From contig DASXKR010000039.1 of NCBI GenBank assembly GCA_036496665.1, positions 15 to 64,014 of the forward strand: 64,000 nt of DNA, written 5' to 3'. Positions 32,211 through 42,085 of this stretch are shown here, in pieces. The position numbers and the translations under genes are program-made. The DNA comes from Rudaea sp. Lineage in GTDB: Bacteria > Pseudomonadota > Gammaproteobacteria > Xanthomonadales > Rhodanobacteraceae. The notes under the pieces were generated by a model that had not been told where the DNA came from, did no database searches, and saw only the letters and a program-made list of their open reading frames with translations. The number at the start of each line of letters is the position of its first letter. The stretch's first letter is position 1.

Positions 32211-33518
32211 ATGCGCACGCGAACAGCCCTTGCCGGTCCCGGCACTCCCGGACGCGCCTTGACGCTGCATCGGCAGCGGCGACCGTCTGCCGCGGGTTCG
32301 ATCCTGCGTGCGATCTTCCTCTTGCTGGTGCAGGCCGCGGGGGCGCATGCAACGACGTACACCGTCGCGACGCTCGGCGATCCGGGGCCGACGCTGCAGT
32401 TGACGCTGCGCGGCGCGGTCGCGATGGCCGGCAGCGGAGACACCGTCGATTTCGCCTCGGGGCTGAGCGGCACGATAACGCTCAAGCAAGGCGAGATTGC
32501 AATCACGCGGAGCCTGACGATCCATGGTCCGGGCCCCGACGTAATCAGTGTCAGCGGCGATGCAAAATCGCGCATCTTCGCCATCAGCAACGCGGACGGC
32601 ACGCCGATCGACGTCACGATCGACGGGCTCACGCTCGCCGACGGCAGCGTCAAGGACGACAATGGCGGCGCCATTCTCAGCAACGACGCGAATCTCACGA
32701 TCAACCGCTGCGTCATTGCCGGCAACAGCGCGACCGGCACCGGCGGCGGCGTTGCTATCGGCGGCTACAACTGGATGATCTCGGACAGCCTGATCGCCGG
32801 CAACAAGAGCGGCAGCAACGGCGGCGGATTGAGCGCGTTCATTCCGTACGACGGCATCGCGCCGGCCAGTGAAGTGACCGAGTCCTCATCCTTCATCGGC
32901 AACTCCAGCGGCGGCAGCGGCGGCGCGATCGCGCTGTCGCTCGCGCTGATACCGGCGCCGGGAGCGCCGCCAACCGGCCCGATCACGATCGAACTGGTCA
33001 ATGTCACGATCACGGACAACACGTCGACCAGTGCCGGCGGCGGCGTCTTCGCCAACGGCGGGGCGAGTGATGTGCTGACGATCGCCAGCAGCACGATCGT
33101 CGACAACAGCGCCAGCACTGCCGGCGGCATCGATGCCCTGGGCACGGCGACGTTGATCGATTCGATCGTCGCCGACAATCCGGTCCTCGCTCTGAGCGGC
33201 GGCGATCTGGCCGGCACGTTCACGGCGAACTACGACCTCGTCAGGAACCCGGGCTTGGCTGCGCTGAATGGCGCGCACAACATCGTCGGTGTCGACCCGA
33301 TGCTCGGCGAACTGGGAATGAACGGCGGACCGACGCCAACCTTGCTGCCGGCCGCGAACAGTCCGGTGCTCGACACCGGCGATCCGGCGTTCATGCCGCC
33401 GCCGGACGACGACCAGCGCGGACTGCCGCGCGTCGCCAACGGGGTCATCGACATCGGCGCGGTCGAGCGCCAGACGCTGGAGGACGACGTCTTCCGCAAC
33501 GGTTTCGAGGCGGACTGA
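32211..33518 (+). CDS. Secreted beta-helix / choice-of-anchor Q-type protein with C-terminal DDVFRNGFE tail
   Basis: GGAI/GGGV repeats; LGELGMNGGPTPT..SPVLDTG..DQRG..DIGAVE; start uncertain. Confidence 0.82.
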   Translation: MRTRTALAGPGTPGRALTLHRQRRPSAAGSILRAIFLLLVQAAGAHATTYTVATLGDPGPTLQLTLRGAVAMAGSGDTVDFASGLSGTITLKQGEIAITRSLTIHGPGPDVISVSGDAKSRIFAISNADGTPIDVTIDGLTLADGSVKDDNGGAILSNDANLTINRCVIAGNSATGTGGGVAIGGYNWMISDSLIAGNKSGSNGGGLSAFIPYDGIAPASEVTESSSFIGNSSGGSGGAIALSLALIPAPGAPPTGPITIELVNVTITDNTSTSAGGGVFANGGASDVLTIASSTIVDNSASTAGGIDALGTATLIDSIVADNPVLALSGGDLAGTFTANYDLVRNPGLAALNGAHNIVGVDPMLGELGMNGGPTPTLLPAANSPVLDTGDPAFMPPPDDDQRGLPRVANGVIDIGAVERQTLEDDVFRNGFEAD

Positions 33519-33830
33519 GTCGCCCGACACCCGCACGGCTGCAGCGCATCGGCACGCCTGCCGTGATCCGTGTGCCCGAGCTGCGCCGGCCTGCGGGCGA
33601 TCGTGACGGCCTCGTCCGCGAAGTGCGACCCGCCAACGAACTGGTCTGCCAGCGACGAGCCGCGCATGAAATGCGAGCTTGGCGCGTGGCCGTGACGAGC
33701 GGGACAGCACGACCGGCGAAGACCTGCAACGGCTTCGACGCGACGGCGCCGCGGAAATCCGCGAGCGCCGTCCCCCGCGGCTCGTGTCGGCGACGAGCCC
33801 CGCCGCCGACACAACGCTGCCGACGGTCCC

Positions 33831-34172
33831 TCAGCCCTTCTTCGCCAGTCCGGGGCGATACTGCGTCTTGATCCAGGCCTGAAAGTGCGGCTTCGAAATC
33901 CGGCTGGCGTGATGCGCGGCATAGTCGAAGTCGTTCAACAGCGGCGGAAACGCCGCCGCCTCGGAGCGGCTGACGTAGCCGTCGTGGTTCGTGTCGAGCT
34001 TGGCGAAGGCCGGCGCCGGCCCGTAGTGGTCCTCCTTCGGCGGACCGGACGCCACGGTCACCTTTGCGCCGTTGGCAGCGGTGAGATTCGTCAACTTGTC
34101 CTGCGCCTGACTGCCGGCCGCGAACGCAAGCAGGCCGAGCGCGGCGATTGCAAGGGATTGTCCGGTTTTCAT
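33831..34172 (-). CDS. Small secreted EF-hand protein
   Basis: AAGGAG RBS; signal peptide; FAKLDTNHDGYVSRSEA. Confidence 0.8.
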   Translation of the reverse strand: MKTGQSLAIAALGLLAFAAGSQAQDKLTNLTAANGAKVTVASGPPKEDHYGPAPAFAKLDTNHDGYVSRSEAAAFPPLLNDFDYAAHHASRISKPHFQAWIKTQYRPGLAKKG

Positions 34173-34342
34173 GTTCGTCTCCTTTTGTCTGTGATCGAGC
34201 CTATTCGCGGCGTACCGGTGTCGCGGGTGTCGCGCCGACGACGGCGCGGCCCGGCCTGCCGTCATTCCTCTTCCTGTTGTCATTTTTGCCTTCCAAGTCT
34301 TGTCCTTCCGTGCGGCGACGCCGGCTGCAGCAAGCGCTGCCG

Positions 34343-35821
34343 TCAGCCCATCGCAACCGGGATGAAGATGCGCGAGTCGCCGCGCTGGATCAGCAGCGCG
34401 ATCTGATGCGCATGCCTGCCGACGAGCGAACGCATCTGCTTGTCGTTCGATACCGGCGCGCCGTCGACCGACAGCACGATGTCGCCGGCGCGGATGCCCG
34501 ACTCGGCGGCGGCGCCGTTCGCGTCCTTGACCAGCAGACCGCCGGAAACGCCGGCCTGGTTGCGCTCTTCCGGCGTCAGTGGACGCACCGCGAGCCCGAG
34601 CTTGCCGCCATCCTGCTCGGTGCCGCCTGCCGCCGACGCATCATCATTCGACGCGAGCTGCGCGTTCGCCGCGTCGAGTTTCGCGTCGTAGGTCGACTTG
34701 CTGCCGTCGTGCCAGACCTCCAGCTGCACCTTGTCGCCAGGCGCCATCGTGCCGATGCGTGCGGCGAGTTCGCCGGAATCGTCGATCGCCGCGCCATTGA
34801 GCTTGAGGATCACGTCGCCGGTCTTGAGCCCCGCGCCGGCGGCCGCGCTGCCCGGCTCGACTTTCGACACAAGGGCGCCGGACGGCGAGTCGAGCCCGAA
34901 CGACCTGGCGAGCGGTTCGCTCAGGGCCTGCACGATCACGCCGAGGCGCGCATGTTCGACCTTGCCGTGCGCCACGATCTGATCCTGGACTCTCAGCGCG
35001 ATGTCGATCGGGATCGCGAACGAGACACCCTGATAGCCGCCGCTGTTGCTGTAGATCTGCGAATTGACGCCGACCACGGCGCCATGGGCATCGAACAACG
35101 GCCCGCCGGAGTTCCCGGGGTTCACGGCGACGTCGGTCTGGATGAACGGCACCGACGAGTCGCCGGGCAGGGAACGCCCCATGGCGCTGACGATGCCGGC
35201 CGTTGCACTTTCCTCGAGCCCGAAAGGCGCGCCGATCGCAAGCACGTAGTCGCCGACGACGAGGTGGTCCGAATTGCCGAGCCGTACCGTCGGCAGGCCG
35301 TGCGCGTCGATCTTGAGCACCGCAATATCGGTTGCCGGATCGACGCCCAGCACCTTGGCCTTGAACTCGCGTCGATCGGCGAGCTTGACCGTGACGTGGT
35401 CGGCGTCGCGCACGACGTGGGCGTTGGTCAGCACGATGCCGTCGCTGCCGACGATGAAGCCGGAACCCTGGCCGCGAATCACGAAGTTGTTCGGCGGCAC
35501 CGGCAGCTGACGGAAAAACTGGAAGAACGGATCGTTCCCGAACGGCGTGTCGCCAAACGAGTTGTCGGGCCCGAAGTGATATTCCTGCACCTTGACCTTC
35601 GACTTGCCGTCGGTCGTGATGCCGACCACGGCATCGCGATTCTGCTTGACGATCGCGCGGTAGTTGGGCGCCGTGCCGAGAGCGATCGGCGCCTCGGACA
35701 CGAGCGCGGCGGGCGTTGCCACCGGGTGTGCGGCGGCGGCCCAGCCGCCGAGCGCGCCGCCACCGAACAGTGCAGCGGCTGCGAGGGCGAGTGTGGTTTT
35801 CTTCGAATGGGTCAGGTTCAT
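34343..35821 (-). CDS. DegP/DegQ (HtrA) serine endoprotease with two PDZ domains
   Basis: TNAHVV, TDIAVLK, NPGNSGGPL. Confidence 0.93.
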   Translation of the reverse strand: MNLTHSKKTTLALAAAALFGGGALGGWAAAAHPVATPAALVSEAPIALGTAPNYRAIVKQNRDAVVGITTDGKSKVKVQEYHFGPDNSFGDTPFGNDPFFQFFRQLPVPPNNFVIRGQGSGFIVGSDGIVLTNAHVVRDADHVTVKLADRREFKAKVLGVDPATDIAVLKIDAHGLPTVRLGNSDHLVVGDYVLAIGAPFGLEESATAGIVSAMGRSLPGDSSVPFIQTDVAVNPGNSGGPLFDAHGAVVGVNSQIYSNSGGYQGVSFAIPIDIALRVQDQIVAHGKVEHARLGVIVQALSEPLARSFGLDSPSGALVSKVEPGSAAAGAGLKTGDVILKLNGAAIDDSGELAARIGTMAPGDKVQLEVWHDGSKSTYDAKLDAANAQLASNDDASAAGGTEQDGGKLGLAVRPLTPEERNQAGVSGGLLVKDANGAAAESGIRAGDIVLSVDGAPVSNDKQMRSLVGRHAHQIALLIQRGDSRIFIPVAMG

Positions 35822-35878
35822 GGTGTCGACTCCTTCTTTGTCGGCGTAAGTCTGCTGTCGGGAGGATCGGCGCCGGCG

Positions 35879-35895
35879 CTTAGGCCAACCTTAAG
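35879..35895 (-). promoter_or_regulatory. PmrA/QseB-type direct-repeat box upstream of HtrA gene
   Basis: CTTAAG-N5-CCTAAG on minus strand. Confidence 0.55.
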
Positions 35896-37228
35896 AATCG
35901 GCCTCGCGCGCTCGCGTGTTCAGGACCCCGTCAGGAAACGTCACGACCACGCGCAGGCCGCCGGCATCCGCGTCTTCGAGTACGACGCTCGCGGCGTGCG
36001 CATCGGCTACCGCCTTGACGATCGACAGGCCCAGGCCGCTGCCTTCCTCGCGCGAACCGGTGCGGCGATGGAAGCGGTTGAACACGTGCACGCGTTCCGC
36101 CGCGGCGATGCCGGGACCGTTGTCGGTCACGCGCAGTTGCGGCGCCGCGCCGCGGTGAGCGGCCATGCTGACCACCACGCGGCCTCCTGGCGGCGTGTAG
36201 CGCACGGCGTTGTCGACCAGGTTGCGCACGAGCGTGCGCAACGCCTCGGCATCGCCCATCACGCGCGTCTGCGGCGTGGCGTCGAAGGCCAGTGCGGTGC
36301 CGCGCGCCGCAGCCAGCGGCGCGACCTCGGCCATTGCTCCGCGCACGATCGTGTCGAGCTCGACCAGGCATTTGGCAGCGCGCGCGCCTTCGGGCTCGTT
36401 GCGCGCCAGCGCGAGCAACTGGCCGACCAGATGGATCGCGCGATCGGCGACTGCCGCCAGCTGAAGCCGCGCGGCCTGCGCCGCGGCGGCGTCCGGCGCG
36501 CGTTCGAGCAGCTGCAGCTGCAGGCGCAGCGCGGTCAGCGGCGAGCGCAGCTCGTGCGCGGCGTCGGCAACGAAGGCGCGCTGCGCGTCGAACGCGTCGG
36601 CGAGCCGCCGCAGCAGGCGGTTGAGTTCGTCAACCAGCGGCGCGATCTCCGCCGGCAGCGCATGCGCCTCGATCGGCACCAGGCTGCCGGCGTCGCGCCG
36701 GTGCACTTCGGCGGTGATGTGGCGCAGCGGCCGCAGCGCACGCGCCACGATCAGCGTGGCCGCTCCGGCCAGCAGCACCAGCAGCACCAACAGTGGCGCG
36801 ACCACGCGCAACGCCGCGGCGCCGGCCAGTTGCTCGCGCACGCGCCACGGCTGCGCCACCTGGATGACGCCATCGAGCGTCTGCATGCTGTAGATGCGCC
36901 ACGGCTCGCTGCCCAGCGTCGCATCCGAGTAGCCCAGGACCGCGCGATCGATTGTCGGCAGGCCCGGGCGCGAAAGGTAGACGCGCGCGCCGAACGGGTC
37001 CCAGATCTGGACGACGAAATCGCTGTCGCCGGGATCGCTCGGCAAGTCGATACGCGGCGCGATCGACACCTGGTTGCGCAGCGACAGCGCCATCTGGCGC
37101 AACTGGTAGTCGAACAGCGCCGAGGTCTCATCCAGCATGCGCCGGTAGGTCACGAAGCCGGCCGCGAGCGAGACCGCGGCGACCAGTGCCAGCAGTCCGA
37201 CCAGCAACCGGGCGCGAATCGAGCTCAT
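35891..37228 (-). CDS. Sensor histidine kinase (QseC/PmrB-like)
   Basis: DAAHELRSPL, NLVDNA, DNGPG, GSGLGL. Confidence 0.92.
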   Translation of the reverse strand: MSSIRARLLVGLLALVAAVSLAAGFVTYRRMLDETSALFDYQLRQMALSLRNQVSIAPRIDLPSDPGDSDFVVQIWDPFGARVYLSRPGLPTIDRAVLGYSDATLGSEPWRIYSMQTLDGVIQVAQPWRVREQLAGAAALRVVAPLLVLLVLLAGAATLIVARALRPLRHITAEVHRRDAGSLVPIEAHALPAEIAPLVDELNRLLRRLADAFDAQRAFVADAAHELRSPLTALRLQLQLLERAPDAAAAQAARLQLAAVADRAIHLVGQLLALARNEPEGARAAKCLVELDTIVRGAMAEVAPLAAARGTALAFDATPQTRVMGDAEALRTLVRNLVDNAVRYTPPGGRVVVSMAAHRGAAPQLRVTDNGPGIAAAERVHVFNRFHRRTGSREEGSGLGLSIVKAVADAHAASVVLEDADAGGLRVVVTFPDGVLNTRAREADS

Positions 37229-37884
37229 GACGCCGGCAGGCAGTAGCCGAGCCCGCGTACAGTGCGGATCGCACCACGTCCCAGCTTCTGCCGCAGCGCG
37301 TGCACGTACACCTCGACCGCGTTGCTCGCGATCTCCTCGCCCCAGCCGTACAGGCGGTCCTCGAGTTGCTGGCGCGACAGCACGGCGCCCGGGCGCTGGA
37401 TCAGCGCCTCGAGCACGGCGTATTCGCGTGCGGACAGCGCGATCGGTCGGCCTTCGCGCGACACCTGGTGGGTCTGCGGATCGAGGCAGATGCCGTTGTG
37501 CTCGAGCAGCGGCTCGCCGCGGCCCGCGCGCCGGCGCAGGACACTGCGCACGCGTGCCGCCAGTTCGTCGATGTCGAACGGCTTGACCAGATAGTCGTCG
37601 GCGCCCGCATCGAGCCCGGCGATGCGCCGCGCCACGTCGTCGCGCGCAGTCACGACGATGACCGGAGTCTGATCGTGGCGCGCGCGCAGCGCGCGCAGCA
37701 CCTCGAACCCGTCGCGGCGCGGCAGGCCGAGATCGAGCAGTACCAGATCGAAGCGCGCTGCCGCGAGTGCGGCCGACGCTTCGATGCCATCGTCGATACA
37801 GTCCACGGCATAGCCATCCTGGCGCAGCGCGGTTTCGATCGCGACGCTGATCATGCGGTCGTCTTCGACCAGCAGCACACGCAT
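37225..37884 (-). CDS. OmpR-family response regulator (QseB/PmrA-like)
   Basis: MRVLLVEDD, LLDLGLP, KPF, TVRGLGY. Confidence 0.92.
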   Translation of the reverse strand: MRVLLVEDDRMISVAIETALRQDGYAVDCIDDGIEASAALAAARFDLVLLDLGLPRRDGFEVLRALRARHDQTPVIVVTARDDVARRIAGLDAGADDYLVKPFDIDELAARVRSVLRRRAGRGEPLLEHNGICLDPQTHQVSREGRPIALSAREYAVLEALIQRPGAVLSRQQLEDRLYGWGEEIASNAVEVYVHALRQKLGRGAIRTVRGLGYCLPAS

Positions 37885-38106
37885 GGTGCCTCCATACTCT
37901 CCGGCGACCCGGCGATCGGGTTGAGCCCGGATGCCAGCCAAGGTTCGGTCTTGGCGGCCAAACTCAAGCGCGCTGTTTTGCCGCGATTCATGCATGCGAC
38001 GTGCGCAGCAGCAGCAGCGGAAGCTGCCATTGATTGCCGCTCGTGGCATGCGGGCGCGCACCCGCTGCGCGGGCTTGTTCTTCGCTCCCGTCGAGCATCT
38101 CGCCAG

Positions 38107-38353
38107 TGACCCGGCAGTTTTCGGACCACTTGAAAGTTGAGAAGATGGCTCCCGCCACCGAGCGAGGAGTCTATGCGAAAGGCACGATTCACCGAAGACC
38201 AGATGGTCAAGGTCCTGCGCGAGGCCGACGAGGCCCCGAAGATCTCGAGCAGCAGAAAACGATTCTGCAGAAGCGACAGCCAAAGCAACAGCGAACCCCA
38301 TCAACCGGAGCCATCCTCAACTAATCGGTGGTCCGAAAAAACCAGGCAGGTCA
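38107..38353 (+). mobile_element. Internally deleted IS3-family element
   Basis: TG...CA ends, inverted repeats sharing TTTTCGGACCAC; orfA start MRKARFTEDQMVKVLREAD at 38173; orfB-like tail TGAILN*. Confidence 0.8.
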
Positions 38354-38375
38354 ACCCCATGCGGATAGGCAATCA

Positions 38376-39377
38376 ATGAAACCCATCCTCGCGAGTGCCT
38401 TACTTTCCGCCACGCTCTCCGGGTTCGGTGTCCAGCCGATTGCTGCTGGAGAAACGAATGCGCTGCTGCAATCCGTAGCGGATATTCCCCTCGGCGGCAA
38501 CACCACGCGCCTGGACTACGCAAGCTTTGATGCTGATCGCCATCTGCTGTTTATCGCGCATCTGGGTGACAGCGCGGTTATTGTGTTCGATACGAAAGCC
38601 CAGCGTGTTGTTTCCCGTATCGCCAGCGTTCGTAGCGTGCACGGCGTGTTGGCGATTCCGGCGCTCGGCAAAGTGTATGCATCGGCGACAGGCTCCAATG
38701 AAGTGGTCGCGATCGATGAAACAACGCTCCAGATCACAGCGCGCGTTCCCGGCGGCATCTACCCCGACGGAATGGCGTACGCGCCAGACGTCCACAAGCT
38801 CTACGTCTCGGATGAGCATGGCAACACGGACACGGTGATCGACGTCAATGCAAACAAGCGCGTCGCAACGATCCCTCTTGGCGGCAACGTTGGCAACACA
38901 CAATATGACCCGCAGTCGAAGCACATTTTTGCCAACGTGCAAACGCAGGCACAACTCGTCGAGATCGATCCGGTAACGGACAAGATCGTCGACCGCATTG
39001 CTCTGCCCGGCGCAAAAGGCAATCATGGGCTGCTGATCGAACCCGAACTGCATCGCGCCTTTATTGCCTGTGAGGACAACGACAAGCTGCTTGTACTGGA
39101 CCTGGGCACAAAGAAAATCATCGCTGCGATCGACGTGGGTAAAGATCCCGACGTATTGGCGTTCGATCCAGAGTCACACCGGCTGTATGTCGCAGGGGAA
39201 GGCGGCGTCGTGTCGGTGATTCGAACCGAGCGCAGCGGCGTCGAGAAGATAGGCGAATCGCACGTCGGTCCCAATGCGCACGTCGTGGCAGTCGATCCGA
39301 CGACCCATTACGTCTATTTCCCGCTCATGAAGCTGGAGGGACATACAGCGCTGCGGATCATGCGAGCAACACCTTAG
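38376..39377 (+). CDS. YncE/YVTN beta-propeller secreted protein
   Basis: Signal peptide; repeated PDGMAY/KLYVS/DPDVLAFD blades. Confidence 0.85.
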   Translation: MKPILASALLSATLSGFGVQPIAAGETNALLQSVADIPLGGNTTRLDYASFDADRHLLFIAHLGDSAVIVFDTKAQRVVSRIASVRSVHGVLAIPALGKVYASATGSNEVVAIDETTLQITARVPGGIYPDGMAYAPDVHKLYVSDEHGNTDTVIDVNANKRVATIPLGGNVGNTQYDPQSKHIFANVQTQAQLVEIDPVTDKIVDRIALPGAKGNHGLLIEPELHRAFIACEDNDKLLVLDLGTKKIIAAIDVGKDPDVLAFDPESHRLYVAGEGGVVSVIRTERSGVEKIGESHVGPNAHVVAVDPTTHYVYFPLMKLEGHTALRIMRATP

Positions 39378-39740
39378 TTGCCAAAAAGTGCAGCCGCGGC
39401 GAGTGCCGCGAGGACAGCGGGATGAACCCGATAAAAACCTCCGCCCAACGCTAGTCCAACCTTTCGATAGCAAGCGGCGCATCCTACATCGCCTAGCTGG
39501 CAATCGATGGCTGCTTTAGGGCAAAAGTTGCAGAAGCCGAGCGGCAAGGCGCACATCCCACATATCGTTGCCACGCACGCACTGGACAAACCACCTTGAG
39601 GCAGCTGCGACTGGCGGACTCGAACGCAAATTGCAGGGAACGCCTGAAGATTCCGCTCGGCAGTTTGCCCAACCCAAACCTCTGCATCAGAATGGTATTC
39701 ACATATCGATATGCTCAATCTTGTGAAGAGTAAACTTTGT

Positions 39741-40733
39741 ATGTTTAGGGAACATAATTTGTATTCCATTTGTATAGCGCCGATGATGGACTGGACCGAC
39801 CGCCACTGCCGCTACTTCCACCGGCTGCTGGCACCGCACGCACGCCTGTACACCGAGATGGTCACGACCGGTGCGGTGCTGCACGGTGACCGTGAGCGCC
39901 TGCTCGGCTTCAGTGCCCAGGAGCATCCAATCGCGCTGCAAGTCGGCGGCCACGAGCCGTCCGAGCTGGCGGCCGCGGCGCGCATCGGCGCGGATCTCGG
40001 CTACGACGAGATCAACCTCAACGTCGGCTGTCCATCCGATCGCGTGCAGTCCGGCCGTTTCGGTGCCTGCCTGATGCGCGAGCCGGCGCTGGTCGCCGAG
40101 TGCGTCGCGGCGATGCGCGCCGCGGTGAACATTCCGGTCACGGTGAAGTGCCGCATCGGTGTCGACGAACAGGACGACTATTCTGACCTGCATCGTTTCG
40201 TCGAGGTACTGGTCGCGGCGCGGCTCGACGTGTTGATCGTGCACGCGCGCAAGGCCTGGCTGCACGGCTTGAGCCCGAAGGAAAACCGCGAAATCCCGCC
40301 ACTGAACCATCCGCGCGTGTATCAGCTCAAACGCGAGTTCCCACAGTTGGCCATCATCATAAATGGTGGCATTGCGAACGTGGCCGCGGTGAGCGCCCAT
40401 CTGCAACAGGTCGACGGCGTGATGCTCGGCCGCGCCGCGTATCACGATCCGTACCTGCTGGCCAGGATCGAGAACGCGTTCTTCGGCACGCCGCTGCCGA
40501 AGCGCGACGACGTGCTGGCGTGCATGAAACCCTATGTCGACGCGCACATCGCCGCTGGCGACAACCTCAATCATGTCGGCCGGCACCTGCTCGGGCTGTA
40601 TCTCGGGTTGCCGGGTGCTCGGGCGTTCCGTCGCCACCTGAGCGAAGAGATGCATCGCGCCGGCGCGGACTATGGCGCAATCGCCGCCGCGATCGCGGCG
40701 ATGCGCTCGCAGCGCCAGGCCGCGGCCGCGTAG
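39741..40733 (+). CDS. dusA: tRNA-dihydrouridine(20/20a) synthase
   Basis: APMMDWTDRHCR, NLNVGCPSDRV, HARKAWL, GVMLGRAAY; 5' codons AT-rich, start uncertain. Confidence 0.93.
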   Translation: MFREHNLYSICIAPMMDWTDRHCRYFHRLLAPHARLYTEMVTTGAVLHGDRERLLGFSAQEHPIALQVGGHEPSELAAAARIGADLGYDEINLNVGCPSDRVQSGRFGACLMREPALVAECVAAMRAAVNIPVTVKCRIGVDEQDDYSDLHRFVEVLVAARLDVLIVHARKAWLHGLSPKENREIPPLNHPRVYQLKREFPQLAIIINGGIANVAAVSAHLQQVDGVMLGRAAYHDPYLLARIENAFFGTPLPKRDDVLACMKPYVDAHIAAGDNLNHVGRHLLGLYLGLPGARAFRRHLSEEMHRAGADYGAIAAAIAAMRSQRQAAAA

Positions 40734-40770
40734 ACTTTCGCGTTCGCGCGCAAACACCCTGGCATCGCCC

Positions 40771-41685
40771 ATGATCGTTTCATCGCCGGCCGAGTTCCTC
40801 TCCGTGTACTCGCCGGAACGATTCCCCGCCTCGGCACCGGCGACCGCGCGGGCCGCTTTCCTGGTGACACCGACCGGCTTTTCACTGGCCGCGGAGTCCG
40901 CCGGCGACAACCGCTACATGGCGATGCAGTCCGGTGTTGACAGCATGCGCGCGCTGGCCGAGCACGCCGTGCTGGCGGCAGCGCTGCGCGAGAGCGTGCC
41001 GACCGTGGTGTTTCCTGGCGATCCGGCCACGCCCGACGCGGTCTTTCCAAACAACGTGTTCGCCACCGCACCGGGCCGCGCAATCATCGGCTCGATGCGA
41101 CATGGCGTACGCCGGCGTGAAGCCGAGCGCGCCGATATCCACGCCTTCTTCCGCGACCTGTTGCACTACGAACTCGTCGACCTGGCGACGCAGCCGCTGG
41201 TCGCCGAATTGACCGGCGCCATGGTCATCGACCGGGCGCGCGGCATCGGCTGGTGCGGCTTGTCGGAACGCTGCGACCGCAGCGGCGCCGAAGCGATGCA
41301 TCATGCGTTCGGCCTGAAGCTGACCCTGTGCTTCGACCTGGCGCCAGGCGAATACCACACAAATGTCGTGCTCTCCCTGCTCGCGTCACGTGCCGCGATC
41401 GTCGCAGCCGACGGTTTCGCCGACCCGGGCGTGGTCGACGCGATCGCCCACGTCTACGCGCCGCGCGTGCTGCGCATCGATGCCGCACAGAAGGCCGCAT
41501 TCGCCGGCAATGCGATCACGCTCGATGCCGGCACTGTCTGGATGAGCGAACGCGCCGTGCGATCGCTGGCCGATGCGCAGCGCCAGACGCTGGCCCGGTG
41601 GGGCTTCACGCTGCGCGGCGTGACACTCGACGAGATCGAAAAAGCCGGCGGCAGCCTGCGCTGCTGCATCGGCGAAATTTTCTGA
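40771..41685 (+). CDS. Amidinotransferase / arginine deiminase-related protein
   Basis: TPDAVFPNN, ELTG, YHTNV, EKAGGSLRCC. Confidence 0.85.
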   Translation: MIVSSPAEFLSVYSPERFPASAPATARAAFLVTPTGFSLAAESAGDNRYMAMQSGVDSMRALAEHAVLAAALRESVPTVVFPGDPATPDAVFPNNVFATAPGRAIIGSMRHGVRRREAERADIHAFFRDLLHYELVDLATQPLVAELTGAMVIDRARGIGWCGLSERCDRSGAEAMHHAFGLKLTLCFDLAPGEYHTNVVLSLLASRAAIVAADGFADPGVVDAIAHVYAPRVLRIDAAQKAAFAGNAITLDAGTVWMSERAVRSLADAQRQTLARWGFTLRGVTLDEIEKAGGSLRCCIGEIF

Positions 41686-41728
41686 CATCACGCTGGCTTT
41701 GCGCAGCCGCGTCTGCCCGTCGGCAGCG

Positions 41729-41745
41729 GTTCAGTTTAAATTCAA
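41729..41745 (+). promoter_or_regulatory. Putative PhoP box
   Basis: GTTCAG-N5-ATTCAA (11-bp period) followed by CATAGT -10-like hexamer, upstream of PepSY-phoP-phoQ. Confidence 0.55.
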
Positions 41746-41806
41746 TCGCACCCGGCATAGTGGTTACCTGAACAGCACGCCGTGCGCGGCGACGAGTGCA
41801 CCCGTG

Positions 41807-42046
41807 ATGATTGCCGCCGTGAAACGCCTGTCTGCCACTGCCGCACTGCTGCTCGCGGTGGCATCGGGCATCGCGTCGGCGACGCCGATAACGTTGCGCG
41901 ATGCAATAAAGAAGGTCGAGCGCGACAGCGGCGCCAAGGTTTTGTCGGCGGAGACCAAGCACGCCGCGAAGCAGACCGTCTACCGCATCAAGGTGTTGAC
42001 TCGCGACGGCCAGGTCAAGGTGATCGAAGTCCCGGCCGGCGATTGA
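41807..42046 (+). CDS. Small secreted PepSY-like protein
   Basis: Signal peptide; LRDAIKKVER..KVLSAET..YRIKVLT. Confidence 0.75.
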   Translation: MIAAVKRLSATAALLLAVASGIASATPITLRDAIKKVERDSGAKVLSAETKHAAKQTVYRIKVLTRDGQVKVIEVPAGD

Positions 42047-42085
42047 ATTGGAAGAAGATTTGCGTCCTCAAAAAAGGAAAACATC

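Noticed and set aside
34148-37246. 1032-aa plus-strand ORF
   Set aside because: Antisense shadow of the HtrA and kinase genes; Arg-rich, no motifs
39493-39702. KLPSG-containing short ORF as an integrase N-terminus
   Set aside because: Match too short and the rest is not integrase-like
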